64,000 bases of DNA, from the NCBI GenBank assembly GCA_965204035.1, contig OZ241964.1:847511-911510 (forward strand). The letters are read 5' to 3'. The notes below the pieces were generated by a model. That model saw only the letters and a list, made by a program, of their open reading frames with translations, was not told the origin of the DNA and did no database searches. Positions within the stretch are counted from its first letter, which is position 1. Every line of letters starts with the position of its first letter. The stretch is from Thermodesulfobacteriota bacterium. Lineage in GTDB: Bacteria > Desulfobacterota_D > UBA1144 > Nemesobacterales > Nemesobacteraceae. Made by a program: the position numbers and the translations under genes. This document shows positions 18,077 to 28,108 of the stretch, one piece after another.

Positions 18077-19351
18077 ATGAAAAAAGTGTTTAGGTTCGGT
18101 TTTTCAGTTCTCATATTCCTTTTTTTTCAGCAGGCTCCCGTTTCCGCCCAGACGCTATCCTCCGGCGAGGAAATTTTTACACAAGGCAAATGCGTAAGAT
18201 GCCATACGATTGGAAAGGGAAGGTTCGTAGGCCCTGATCTTCTGGGTGTGGGGGAGAGGTACTCAAGAGATGATCTGATCAGATGGGCCAAGAATCCGGA
18301 AAGCCTCTATGCTGAAAGAAAGAAAAAACCGATAAACGAAGGCTATCCGCCGATGCCTCCCATGAATCTTTCAGAAAGCGATGCCCAGAGAGTTACTGAC
18401 TACCTGCTGGAGTACACGCCTCCCTCAGGCCTTTCTGAAAGCGGGACGATAGTGGGTCAGGTAAGGAACATCACGACACGGAAGCCGCAAGAGGGCCAGG
18501 ATATCGTTTTGATCTCGTACATGGGAGACAGAAAGGAGGAACGACACTTCGCCAAATCGGATTCGCTGGGCGTGTTTTCTTTTTCCTCTCTGCGGTGGGA
18601 CAGAAGCTATGAGATCGTGCTTTTTCACGAGGGAGTTCAGTATGTTTCGGGAAAGATGGTCTTTCTTCCCGGAAAGGACGAGATTACCCTTGATCTCCCG
18701 GTCTACGATACCACGAGTTCGGATGAAAACATCTCTTTGCGGTCCCTGAACTTGATTGTCTACCCGGATAACGGGGGTACAAGCGTGAATGTAACCTCAC
18801 TTTATGTTTTTGAAAATTCGGGCGATACCGTTTTTACCGGAGAGCAGGTGGGCTCGGATATGACGACCCTTGTTTTCTCGATTCCCGAGGCGGCTGAGGA
18901 TGTTACTTATTCGGACAGCGTCAATCCAGAGGTGGCTGAGAGAAAGGGAGAGAAGCTTTACAGCAGACTTCCTTTTCTTCCGGGGATGAAAAGGATTGCT
19001 CTTGGTTATTCCCTCCCTCTTTCCCAGATCGGGGAGAAGTTCTCGATAGGCTTTGACTATGAAGTCGGCGATCTTGCGGTGTTTGTAAGAAAGACAGAGC
19101 TCGGAATCCGGGTCAAACAGCCCGGGGCGGTTGCAGAGGAGATCATGATTCACGACGAGGCGTTTTTGAAATACGCGTTATCCGACTTAGAACCCGGAAG
19201 CGTAAAAGTAGTTGTTTCCAATATTTCTTTTCTTAAAAGCAACCTCGGCAAATATCTGCCCGTGATACTCTTTTTTCTCTTTGCCGCAGCGGGAGTCATG
19301 TATTTTTTCTACGGGAAAAACAGGTTTTCAAGTATCAACTCAGGCAAATAG
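18077..19351 (+). CDS. Membrane-anchored monoheme cytochrome c with beta-sandwich extension
   Basis: Signal peptide, CVRCH, GPDL, distal PPMPPM, a carboxypeptidase-regulatory-like beta domain and a C-terminal TM. Confidence 0.8.
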   Translation: MKKVFRFGFSVLIFLFFQQAPVSAQTLSSGEEIFTQGKCVRCHTIGKGRFVGPDLLGVGERYSRDDLIRWAKNPESLYAERKKKPINEGYPPMPPMNLSESDAQRVTDYLLEYTPPSGLSESGTIVGQVRNITTRKPQEGQDIVLISYMGDRKEERHFAKSDSLGVFSFSSLRWDRSYEIVLFHEGVQYVSGKMVFLPGKDEITLDLPVYDTTSSDENISLRSLNLIVYPDNGGTSVNVTSLYVFENSGDTVFTGEQVGSDMTTLVFSIPEAAEDVTYSDSVNPEVAERKGEKLYSRLPFLPGMKRIALGYSLPLSQIGEKFSIGFDYEVGDLAVFVRKTELGIRVKQPGAVAEEIMIHDEAFLKYALSDLEPGSVKVVVSNISFLKSNLGKYLPVILFFLFAAAGVMYFFYGKNRFSSINSGK

Positions 19352-19354
19352 GAA

Positions 19355-20530
19355 ATGAGCGACGCGCAGAAAAATCCACCGCCTTTACTTAACAGGAGCT
19401 TTGTGCTTGTAACCTTCCTCGGGTGTCTTTACTTCTTTAACTTTCATTCGTTTCTCCTTCTGCCCATTAGAATTTTTGAACTGGGAGGAACAGAAAAGAT
19501 AGTTGGGTTCGTGATGGGGATCGCGGGAATGAGCACCCTTTTTCTTACTCCTTACGCGGGCCACATAACCGACAGGTACGGAAAGAAACTGTTTGTGCTG
19601 CTCGGGTTTGCGCTGCTTGCCGCCTCGACGTTTCCGCTGGCCTTCTTAGACAGGGTCGACTACCTCTACTATGTTATAAGAATAGTTCACGGCTGTTCTT
19701 TTTCCCTTTTCTTTGTAGCCGCGGGGGCGCTCACGGTTGATGTTTCAAGCGAGCAGAGAAGGGCGCAGGCACTCGGCATATACGGCGTTTTCACAATAAT
19801 AAACTATGCGATTGCTCCTTACGTTGGTTCCATTCTGATAAAGAATTTCGGTTTTGATTTCTTTATTTTCTTCCTTACTGTTACGGCGCTTGTTGGCTTG
19901 GGAGTCTCCTTTATGATCGGAGAGAGGAAAAAAACAGCGGCGCCGAAAGACACGGGACCAGGCTATATGGACTGTCTTCGTGATAAGGCTACATCTCTGT
20001 CTTCAGTTACGCTTTTTATATGCGGGGCGGCGTTTATAACAACGTTTAACTTCATATCCATCTTCTCGCTTTCAATAAACATAGAGAACTTTCACGTTTA
20101 TTTTCTTTCCTACACCCTTTCGGTGCTCGCTATCAGGATATTTCTCGGCTGGGTTCCCGACAGGTACGGCAAGTGGAGAGTCGCTTCCCCGTCTGTTTTC
20201 TTTCTGGGGCTGAGTGTTGTCATGCTGAGTTTCGTGCATGAGGTTAAACTTCTTATTCTCTGCGGAATCATATTCGGCTGCGCGCACGGATTTGTGTATC
20301 CTTCAATATATTCGATCATAATAGATTCGAATCCGAAGGAGGCTAGAGCGAAGGCTTTTGCCATAAGCAGCGTTTCGTTCACGGCCGGCGGAATGTTGGG
20401 GTCTTTTGTTTTCGGAATTGTGGCGGAATTTTTCGGATTCAGGACGATGTTTGTTTCAATAGGGCTTATGGTATTCCTAGGTTTTTTATTTTTCGCCAGA
20501 AGTTCAATTCTAAAGGAGCGCGGAATATGA
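19355..20530 (+). CDS. MFS transporter
   Basis: About 12 TM segments, with GHITDRYGKK and GWVPDRYGKW MFS loop motifs. Confidence 0.9.
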   Translation: MSDAQKNPPPLLNRSFVLVTFLGCLYFFNFHSFLLLPIRIFELGGTEKIVGFVMGIAGMSTLFLTPYAGHITDRYGKKLFVLLGFALLAASTFPLAFLDRVDYLYYVIRIVHGCSFSLFFVAAGALTVDVSSEQRRAQALGIYGVFTIINYAIAPYVGSILIKNFGFDFFIFFLTVTALVGLGVSFMIGERKKTAAPKDTGPGYMDCLRDKATSLSSVTLFICGAAFITTFNFISIFSLSINIENFHVYFLSYTLSVLAIRIFLGWVPDRYGKWRVASPSVFFLGLSVVMLSFVHEVKLLILCGIIFGCAHGFVYPSIYSIIIDSNPKEARAKAFAISSVSFTAGGMLGSFVFGIVAEFFGFRTMFVSIGLMVFLGFLFFARSSILKERGI

Positions 20531-20919
20531 GCAAGGAACCCATCAGACTTCCTTCCGGTCACCCGACGATTTTTGACACGATGAAAATAGAGATTCTCCG
20601 AATGGAAAACGGGGAATCAGAACTTTCCATGCCGTTTATTGAGGAATATACGCAGCACTACGGAATGCTCCACGGCGGGGCCATTTTCACCTTGGCGGAT
20701 GCGGCTTGCGGGGTCGCAGTTGCCAGTGTTGCAAGAGAAGAAAAGAAGTTTCTTACGTCCGGAATGAATATAAATTACATTGAGCCCATCAGGGAAGGTG
20801 TTACTATCTGTCGCGCCAAGGTGCTCAGGCAGGGAAGGATAATGCCTGTTGAGAGCGAGATATGGAATTCGGGCGTATGCGTGGCGAAGGCCACCGCTAT
20901 TTATACCTTGGTTGACTGA
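20527..20919 (+). CDS. PaaI-family hotdog thioesterase
   Basis: HYGMLHGGAIFTLAD motif. Confidence 0.88.
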   Translation: MSKEPIRLPSGHPTIFDTMKIEILRMENGESELSMPFIEEYTQHYGMLHGGAIFTLADAACGVAVASVAREEKKFLTSGMNINYIEPIREGVTICRAKVLRQGRIMPVESEIWNSGVCVAKATAIYTLVD

Positions 20920-21072
20920 CTCTTATTTAATCTCGACCAAATACAAAAGAAATGAACTTGTCAAAAAAAACTGTCTAGTTTAATTTGTTTGCTACGCATT
21001 CCTTGCAATCCTGTTGCTTGATTTACCAACCATAGAGATAATAATTAAATCTATATAGCTGGAGCTGCTATC

Positions 21073-23268
21073 GTGAAAAAAAAGAAAGAGTTTATTTCGA
21101 CCTCGGGAAGCTACGGAAAAGCACGGGGGTCTGCTGGCATCAGCACTGTCCAGGGTTTCTTATATATGCTTTTTCTGGCGTGCTCCATGCTTTTTCTGGC
21201 AGGTGGCTGCGGGGGCGCTGGCGGCGATACGGGAGGAGGTCCTCCGGTCGATCCACCAGAGTTCCAAAATTCCTGCTCTCAGGATCAACGCGCCCCGCTT
21301 GTCCTGATTTTCGACCCATCCAACCAACGAGAGGAAGATCCAGACGGTGTGCTGAGGGTAACAGCAGCGCTTGACAGTCCGGCGCCTTCAGGGGGCACGA
21401 GGGTAACGGTTGACATAGAACTTAAAGACGACGAAGGAAACAGAATAGCCGGTCTTCGCGAGATTATTACCATAGCCGAGGGCGAAACTGCCGCCACCAG
21501 AGCCATAACGTTTACCACTGACCGGGCTATTTTCGAAGCAGTCAATACCATCGTTTTTTCTGCTGAAAGCGACAACCCGGTATTGCGCACCGAGTGCGCA
21601 TTAGAAAATCTGGCCGGACCCCCAAGCCGCCCCCCTTCAAACCGCCCGCCCACAAGGCCGAATCCGGTCCAACTTGAATTTCGTCCGAAGCAGCTTGGAA
21701 CCGCCAATCCGCCGGATAGCCAAAACTACCGGCGGACCGATGAATTTGACGGACATTACGGACTTGCGTCAATTTCCGCGGATGAAGCCTACATGCGTGG
21801 GTACTTTGGTCGGGGGGTGACCATCGCGATTGCTGAAGACGGCATGGATGCCAGTCACCCCGATCTTGTCGGCAGGGTCAGGGACAAGTGGCATATCCGC
21901 AACCGAAACGCGGTAGTGGGAGAAACCTGCGGAGAGGGGGGGGGGGTGACAGGAGGGATCTGTACGGTGCCAGGTGCGGGCCATGGCACGTATGTCGCAT
22001 TGATAGCTGCGGGGGCAAGTGGAAATGGGAATCCGGGTGACACGTTCGAGATAACACTCGACGGAGGTTCTTCCGTAGTTCGCACTGGAAATGTCCATGG
22101 TGTCGCGCCGCAGGCCTCGATAACGTCAATATCCATGTCCGGCGGCGCAGAACCTGGAGAGGCAGTTGACTATGCGGTCAGAAGCGATGTTCAGGTACTC
22201 AATTTCAGCATAGGGCTCCGGGCTCCTCCTACCCTTTCTGCTCCTGCTTTCTGCCAATACGGTAGATACGACGGCAAAGATGGAGTATGGCTTACCTGTA
22301 AAAGTTTTCCGTATTTCAGGCCGCTTCTTGTTGAAGATCTGGGCAGCTATACAAGTCGTCTGACAGGAGAGTTTGCCGATATGGCTATGACGCTTGAAGG
22401 TGCGGATATTGTCCTTGTGTGGGCGGCCGGCAACGATGGGTGGAATTCTGAAAGCGATTTCCGTGTTCCAATGTGCGGGAAAAATCGCATTAAGCCCGAT
22501 GAGAGAGGATGTCCGCTTGGGGAATTGGATACCACGAAACAGGACTTCATGGAGAACTTCAAGTGGATTTACGATGCGGACAATCCCGAAAACACGGTTT
22601 CGTTCAGGGAGATGTGGGGGACGGAATGCGGGGAGGACAACTGCATTGAGTACAACTCCCCGGGAGGATGGAAAGAGGCTCCCAGATTTGAGCCCGAATT
22701 GCTGGGGAAATGGCTTGTGGTTGCTGCGTCCGATGAGAACGGCAGAATCGCGGATTTTTCCAACGGATGCGGCGCTGCTAGGAACTGGTGTCTTGTAGCG
22801 CCGGGGGACAGCCTCACGGTTAATCCCCCCGGTGAGGAAGGAATTGACGGCACCTCTTTTGCCGCTCCCATGGTGAGCGGAGCGCTTGCGGTGCTCAAGA
22901 GCCGGTTCCGCGATATGCCGATGGAGGTTATACATGCCATACTGCTAGTTTCTGCGGATCCCGTGGGGGAGCGTGAAATGAATCCCGAAAAGCCGGATCC
23001 GGTCTATGGCTGGGGAAGGTTGAATCTTGGAAGGGCTATTGCTCTTCAGGGAAATGTCAGGCTTCCGTACTCTGTGCCTGATATGGCCGGGGCGATGCGG
23101 GGAATTTCTCCGGGAGGCTACCGCTCCGCTTTGGTTTCCGCCTTCGCCTCGGCGGGCGCTGGTCAGGGCGGCAGCCTGTACAGGGGGCAATGCGCGTCGC
23201 CGTATGAAATTATCCGGCGATATCGATTGGAACTTACAGCTTCCAGGTTTTGGCGCGCGTTTGGATAG
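21073..23268 (+). CDS. S8 subtilisin-like serine protease, predicted lipoprotein
   Basis: Lipobox-like LAGGC, IAIAEDG, HGTYVA, WAAGND, GTSFAAPMVSG and YGWGRLNL. Confidence 0.88.
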   Translation: MKKKKEFISTSGSYGKARGSAGISTVQGFLYMLFLACSMLFLAGGCGGAGGDTGGGPPVDPPEFQNSCSQDQRAPLVLIFDPSNQREEDPDGVLRVTAALDSPAPSGGTRVTVDIELKDDEGNRIAGLREIITIAEGETAATRAITFTTDRAIFEAVNTIVFSAESDNPVLRTECALENLAGPPSRPPSNRPPTRPNPVQLEFRPKQLGTANPPDSQNYRRTDEFDGHYGLASISADEAYMRGYFGRGVTIAIAEDGMDASHPDLVGRVRDKWHIRNRNAVVGETCGEGGGVTGGICTVPGAGHGTYVALIAAGASGNGNPGDTFEITLDGGSSVVRTGNVHGVAPQASITSISMSGGAEPGEAVDYAVRSDVQVLNFSIGLRAPPTLSAPAFCQYGRYDGKDGVWLTCKSFPYFRPLLVEDLGSYTSRLTGEFADMAMTLEGADIVLVWAAGNDGWNSESDFRVPMCGKNRIKPDERGCPLGELDTTKQDFMENFKWIYDADNPENTVSFREMWGTECGEDNCIEYNSPGGWKEAPRFEPELLGKWLVVAASDENGRIADFSNGCGAARNWCLVAPGDSLTVNPPGEEGIDGTSFAAPMVSGALAVLKSRFRDMPMEVIHAILLVSADPVGEREMNPEKPDPVYGWGRLNLGRAIALQGNVRLPYSVPDMAGAMRGISPGGYRSALVSAFASAGAGQGGSLYRGQCASPYEIIRRYRLELTASRFWRAFG
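21936..21946 (+). repeat. G11 homopolymer inside the S8 protease CDS (currently in frame)
   Basis: ggagaGGGGGGGGGGGtgac, read as GEGGGVT. Confidence 0.85.
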
Positions 23269-23489
23269 ATGCTCTCAGTACCGAAAGGTCTTGTCCGAAT
23301 CTGAGCACTCCGGTTGACTGACACCTCTTTTTTGCTTCTGGGAAAATACAAACGGGATAATAACTGCCGATTCACCCAACCGGCATAAGCAGGCGGCAGC
23401 CGTTATAGCGTGCTTCCAAAACGCCCGTGCGTTTTTTCTGACTGCAGCCTGTTAGAAAAACCTCGTTTTCGCAAGCTTTTTTGACAGCG

Positions 23490-24224
23490 TCAGATATTGC
23501 CGAAACGTGACTGAAGAATCGCCAAGCTTGCCACCGATGCCGTCTCCGCTCTTAGTATTCTCTTTCCAAGCCCGAGGGCTGTATAACCGTTTTTCCTGGC
23601 CGAGATGATTTCCCGCTCCGAAAAGCCTCCTTCGGGCCCTATATAGACGTTTATGCTGTCTACGGATTCCCTGAAGGAATCCATGTAATCCCCGAGCAGT
23701 TTGTCCTGATTTGCATGCAGTATTATTTTCATTCTGCTTTGCTTTCCGATCCCGAAGGAACTCTGGAAATCAACCGGCTCGGAAACCGGAGGCGGCGTCG
23801 CCCTTCCGCATTGCTTTGTCGATTCCCGGGCTATCTTGTTCCATCTGTCCACCTTGGCGGTTGACCTTACCTGGGTCCTTTCGGAAACTACCGGAAAAAT
23901 CCCCGATACGCCGAGTTGCGTTGCCTGACTTATTATCCCGTCCATCTTGTTTCCCTTGAGGATTGCCTGGAAGAGATTCAGTTCCAGTCCAGGTTCTGTT
24001 TGCAGCAGACGGGTGTTGTGAACCTGGAGGGCTATGGTTCCAGGAGAGAGATCCGTTATTTTGCCCTCATACTCTGTGGATTCAGTGTCAAAAACCGTTA
24101 TGCGGTCCCCGGCCCCTAGTCTCAGCACTTTCGTTATGTGCGTGTAGTCGCTCTCGGATATTGTTCCGCGGAGGGTTCCGTCATCTTCTGTGGATGGCTC
24201 TTTTCTGATCGGAAATCTTGGCAT
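23490..24224 (-). CDS. rsmE: 16S rRNA m3U1498 methyltransferase
   Basis: HITKVLRL, IGPEGGFS and LGKRILRAETA motifs. Confidence 0.95.
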   Translation of the reverse strand: MPRFPIRKEPSTEDDGTLRGTISESDYTHITKVLRLGAGDRITVFDTESTEYEGKITDLSPGTIALQVHNTRLLQTEPGLELNLFQAILKGNKMDGIISQATQLGVSGIFPVVSERTQVRSTAKVDRWNKIARESTKQCGRATPPPVSEPVDFQSSFGIGKQSRMKIILHANQDKLLGDYMDSFRESVDSINVYIGPEGGFSEREIISARKNGYTALGLGKRILRAETASVASLAILQSRFGNI

Positions 24225-24237
24225 TTTAAGCCGCCTT

Positions 24238-25749
24238 TTATGAGACGTATAGGTCCAGGATTTTTTCTTTAAGGCCCCGGGTCGTATGAATGTCGGCGGT
24301 TACCACCGGGGTAAAACCGTAGCCAAGCAGCGTTGCGGCCGTTACAGGTCCTATGCAGGCAAACCCGGTCTTGCCGAAAAGCTCGGGATCTTCTCCAAGA
24401 AGCGAGAAGAAATTCGCTGCGGTCGAGGAACTTGTGAACGTTACGAGATCTATCTCCGCGTCGGAGAATCTCATCTTAATCAAGTCAAGTTCTTCCTTTG
24501 TATAGTCTGGAACAAGAGTTTCATAAACGCAGAGTACCTCCACTTCGGCCCCCATTGTCCGCAACGTGTCAGGGAGAATTTCTCTTGCCACAAGCGCCCT
24601 CGGGATAAGTATTTTCTTTCCGTCGAGATTGATTCTTTCTGCAAGCGAGATTATTCCTTCGGCAGTGTAGACAGCGGGCATGTAATCCGCTGAGAGGCCG
24701 TACTTGAGGAGTTCCTCCGATGTTTTTTCTCCTATGGTTATTATCTCTTTGCCTTTTAGTTCACGCGAGTCCTTTCCATGGGAGGCGAGCACCTCAAAAT
24801 AGTTGGTGACTCCGTTTACGCTTGTGAACACCAGAAAGTCGTAGTCTTCGAGGTTCTCTACCGAGAGCTTCTGTTCCTTGGTATTTCTTACGGGATTTAT
24901 TGCGATTGTGGGGAATTCAATGGTCTTTGCCCCGCAGGAGGCGAGAAGTTCTCCGAACTCGGATGAAGCCTCCTTTTCTCTTGTTACCATTATGGTCTTT
25001 CCGAAAAGGGGCTTTTTCTCGTACCACCCTATCGCTTCTGCGAGCGAGGCTACCTCTCCGACCACTATGGTTGCCGGGGTCTGGACGTCAAGAACTCTCG
25101 TTTTCTCCGCTATGTCGGAAATGGTCCCTACAACGGATCTCTGTTCGGGGAGCGTGCCGGATGATATAACGGCAACGGGAGTGGACGGCTCCCTTCCCAG
25201 CCCAAGCAGTTTTTTCATTATGCTTTCGAGGTTGCTCAGTCCCATGAGGAACACCATTGTTTCGATCTCGGCCGGATCGTACTCAGAATCCTCTCCTTTG
25301 TGGTGCCCGGTAAAGACCGCGAAAGACGAATTGTAACTCCTGTGAGTAATGGGAATTCCTCCGTAAGCCGGCACCGCTGTAACGGAGCTTACTCCCGGGA
25401 CAATCTCGATATCGATGCCGTTTTGAACTATCGCCTCGGCTTCCTCTCCACCCCTCCCGAAGACAAAGGGATCGCCCCCCTTAAGCCTTGCCACAGTCTT
25501 TCCCTCTTTTGCCCTGCTTACGAGAAGTTCGTTTATCTCTTCCTGGGATATATGCGCCTGACCGATTGTCTTGCCGGCAAATACAAGTTCTGTGTCCGGG
25601 CGGCAGAACTTAAGGATCTGCGGGTTTACAAGCGAATCGTAGATTACCACCTGCGCTTTTCCGAGCAGTTCCTTTCCCCTGAGAGTAAGAAGCCCCGCGT
25701 CACCGGGCCCCGCGCCGATCAGATAAACCCTGCCTTTTTTTTCGCTCAT
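24238..25749 (-). CDS. cobA: Fused uroporphyrinogen-III C-methyltransferase / uroporphyrinogen-III synthase (CobA-HemD)
   Basis: GAGPGDAGLLT and RLKGGDPFVFGRGGEE in the N-terminal part; the C-terminal HemD part has FTSVNGV, FTSSST and IGPVT. Confidence 0.92.
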   Translation of the reverse strand: MSEKKGRVYLIGAGPGDAGLLTLRGKELLGKAQVVIYDSLVNPQILKFCRPDTELVFAGKTIGQAHISQEEINELLVSRAKEGKTVARLKGGDPFVFGRGGEEAEAIVQNGIDIEIVPGVSSVTAVPAYGGIPITHRSYNSSFAVFTGHHKGEDSEYDPAEIETMVFLMGLSNLESIMKKLLGLGREPSTPVAVISSGTLPEQRSVVGTISDIAEKTRVLDVQTPATIVVGEVASLAEAIGWYEKKPLFGKTIMVTREKEASSEFGELLASCGAKTIEFPTIAINPVRNTKEQKLSVENLEDYDFLVFTSVNGVTNYFEVLASHGKDSRELKGKEIITIGEKTSEELLKYGLSADYMPAVYTAEGIISLAERINLDGKKILIPRALVAREILPDTLRTMGAEVEVLCVYETLVPDYTKEELDLIKMRFSDAEIDLVTFTSSSTAANFFSLLGEDPELFGKTGFACIGPVTAATLLGYGFTPVVTADIHTTRGLKEKILDLYVS

Positions 25750-25976
25750 GGAACCGTGGATAGCTGGGAAGAGATCCCCGAGAAATTCACCTGTCTGTTT
25801 CTTTATATATTAAACCGCGAAGCGGAAGCCAGTGCCGCAGCGCCGTCTTCCGGATACCAAATATATTATTTCTCATGGGTTGGCTCCTGTAAAATTACCG
25901 AAAGACCGATTGCGTGCTCGCGGTCGGGTCCTTGTTGTTTATGATGGCTCTAGGGATGGTTAGAATAGTCCGTGAC

Positions 25977-27995
25977 ATGAATTCCCCAAAGCCTTTGTTC
26001 AATCTCGAAAGCCCCTTTGAACCCAAGGGAGATCAGCCCCGGGCCATCTCCGCTCTCGGCGAAGGGCTAGGGTGCGGACACAAGGATCAGGTTCTCCTTG
26101 GAGTTACCGGAAGCGGCAAGACCTTTACCATAGCTCACGTTATACGTGACGCGGGACGTCCCGCCCTGATACTTGTTCACAACAAGACCCTGGCCGCCCA
26201 GATATATGCGGAGCTGCGCGACTTCTTCCCCGACAATGAAGTTCACTATTTCGTAAGCTACTACGACTACTACCAGCCCGAGGCCTATATACCCGAGACC
26301 GACACGTACATAGAAAAAGACGCCTCGATAAACGAATACATAGACCGCATGCGCCACGCTGCCACCAAGGCTCTTTTCAGGCGAAGGGACGTGATAATCG
26401 TCTCAAGCGTTTCAGCTATCTACGGAATCGGGGCACCCAAGGTTTATTACGGCATGCTTACCGAAATCGAAGTGGGAATGGAGATCTCAAGAAACGATTT
26501 TGCCCTGAGGCTCGAGGAGGTGCGTTACGAAAGAAAGATCGATGAGCTTGACAGGGGCACCTACAGGGTGAGGGGGGACGTAGTGGATGTGTTTCCTTCG
26601 CACGAGGAGTCGGTTGCGCTCAGGGTCGAGTTTTTCGGAGACTCCATCGAGACGATACGCGCTATAGACCCGCTGAGCGGCCGGTCGGTCGGGGACATGC
26701 GGGAAGTTTCCATTTTTCCGGGCTCGCATTATGTGGCTCCCAAAAGCATTCTTGAAGAGGCAGTGGAGAGCATAGGAAGGGAGCTTGAAACGAGGCTCGC
26801 TGAGCTCAGGGGCCGGGGGATGGAACTTGAGGCCAGCCGTCTTGAGGAGAGGACCAGGTTTGATCTTGAACTGCTCGATACCATGGGGTTCTGCCCCGGC
26901 ATCGAGAATTACTCAAGGTACATCTCGGGGCGGAGCCCCGGAGAACCTCCTTACACGCTTCTTGATTATTTCCCCGAGGATTTTCTCTGCGTTATCGACG
27001 AGAGTCACCAGATGGTTCCGCAGCTTCGGGGCATGTATCTGGGTGACAGAAGCAGGAAGCTTTCTCTTGTTGAAAACGGGTTCAGGCTTCCTTCCGCGTT
27101 TGATAACCGCCCCCTTAATTTCGAGGAGTTCGAAGCCAAGATCGGGCAGGTTATATATGTTTCGGCTACCCCGGGGCCCTATGAACTCGGACAGTCGGGC
27201 GGCAACATCGTCGAGCAGATAATACGACCGACGGGACTTGCGGACCCGCTGATTGAAATCCGCCCCGCCCAGAACCAGGTGGACGATCTCTTCGATGAAC
27301 TGAAAAAAGTAGCTCATGGGGGACAAAGAGCGCTCGTTACGACGCTTACCAAGAAAATGGCCGAGGATCTTACGGATTATTACAGAGAGCTCGGCCTGCG
27401 GGTTGAGTACCTGCATTCTGAGATCGACACCCTGGAGAGGATAAGGATCGTTAGGGACCTGCGGGCCGCCAGGTTTGACATTCTGATCGGAATAAACCTG
27501 CTGCGTGAGGGACTCGACATACCAGAGGTTTCCCTCGTGGCCGTGCTTGACGCCGACAAGGAAGGGTACCTGCGCTCAGAAACCTCGCTTGTTCAGATTT
27601 TCGGCCGGGCTGCGAGAAACGTTTCGGGCAGGGCGATTCTCTACGCGGACATGGTAACCGGATCGATGCGCGCCGCCATGGCGGAAACCCGGAGAAGAAG
27701 GAATATCCAGATGGAATACAACGCGGAAAACAACATAGTTCCCAGAAGCATTGAAAAAAACATAACCGACGTGCTGGGTTCCATATACGAATCTGACTAC
27801 CTCAAGATTTCCGGTACGGATGAAGAGGACCTCCTCGATATACCTCCGAACAAGATCCCGGAGGCCGTAGCCAAGCTTTCAAGGGAGATGAAGTCTGCTG
27901 CGAAGAAACTTGAATTCGAGAAGGCTGCCGAATTCAGAAACAGGATAAAGAAACTCCAGGAACTGGAACTCAAATACGCTGAAGGAGTCGCTTGA
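25977..27995 (+). CDS. uvrB: Excinuclease ABC subunit B
   Basis: GVTGSGKTFT, YYDYYQPEAY, GIENYSR, DESH, INLLREGLD and a C-terminal UVR motif. Confidence 0.97.
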   Translation: MNSPKPLFNLESPFEPKGDQPRAISALGEGLGCGHKDQVLLGVTGSGKTFTIAHVIRDAGRPALILVHNKTLAAQIYAELRDFFPDNEVHYFVSYYDYYQPEAYIPETDTYIEKDASINEYIDRMRHAATKALFRRRDVIIVSSVSAIYGIGAPKVYYGMLTEIEVGMEISRNDFALRLEEVRYERKIDELDRGTYRVRGDVVDVFPSHEESVALRVEFFGDSIETIRAIDPLSGRSVGDMREVSIFPGSHYVAPKSILEEAVESIGRELETRLAELRGRGMELEASRLEERTRFDLELLDTMGFCPGIENYSRYISGRSPGEPPYTLLDYFPEDFLCVIDESHQMVPQLRGMYLGDRSRKLSLVENGFRLPSAFDNRPLNFEEFEAKIGQVIYVSATPGPYELGQSGGNIVEQIIRPTGLADPLIEIRPAQNQVDDLFDELKKVAHGGQRALVTTLTKKMAEDLTDYYRELGLRVEYLHSEIDTLERIRIVRDLRAARFDILIGINLLREGLDIPEVSLVAVLDADKEGYLRSETSLVQIFGRAARNVSGRAILYADMVTGSMRAAMAETRRRRNIQMEYNAENNIVPRSIEKNITDVLGSIYESDYLKISGTDEEDLLDIPPNKIPEAVAKLSREMKSAAKKLEFEKAAEFRNRIKKLQELELKYAEGVA

Positions 27996-28025
27996 CAATC
28001 GACTGTTTCAGTACCATTCACAATC

Positions 28026-28058
28026 TTGACAAAATGGGGGGGGGTAGAATGGTATACT
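28026..28058 (+). promoter_or_regulatory. Sigma70-type promoter elements with a G9 tract in the spacer
   Basis: TTGACA (28026-31), AAAT, G9 (28036-44), TAGAAT (28045-50), plus an extended TGnTATACT (28050-58), upstream of CDS 28109. Confidence 0.6.
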
Positions 28059-28108
28059 TAGGCATAATCAGGAAGTTCTAACAGGTAGCATATAAAAAGG
28101 GGTCTAAG

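Noticed and set aside
25787-25876. 29-aa minus-strand ORF with AGGAG RBS upstream of cobA-hemD (MRNNIFGIRKTALRHW...), considered as a hemC remnant or leader peptide
   Set aside because: It is too short and shows no convincing similarity to HemC.
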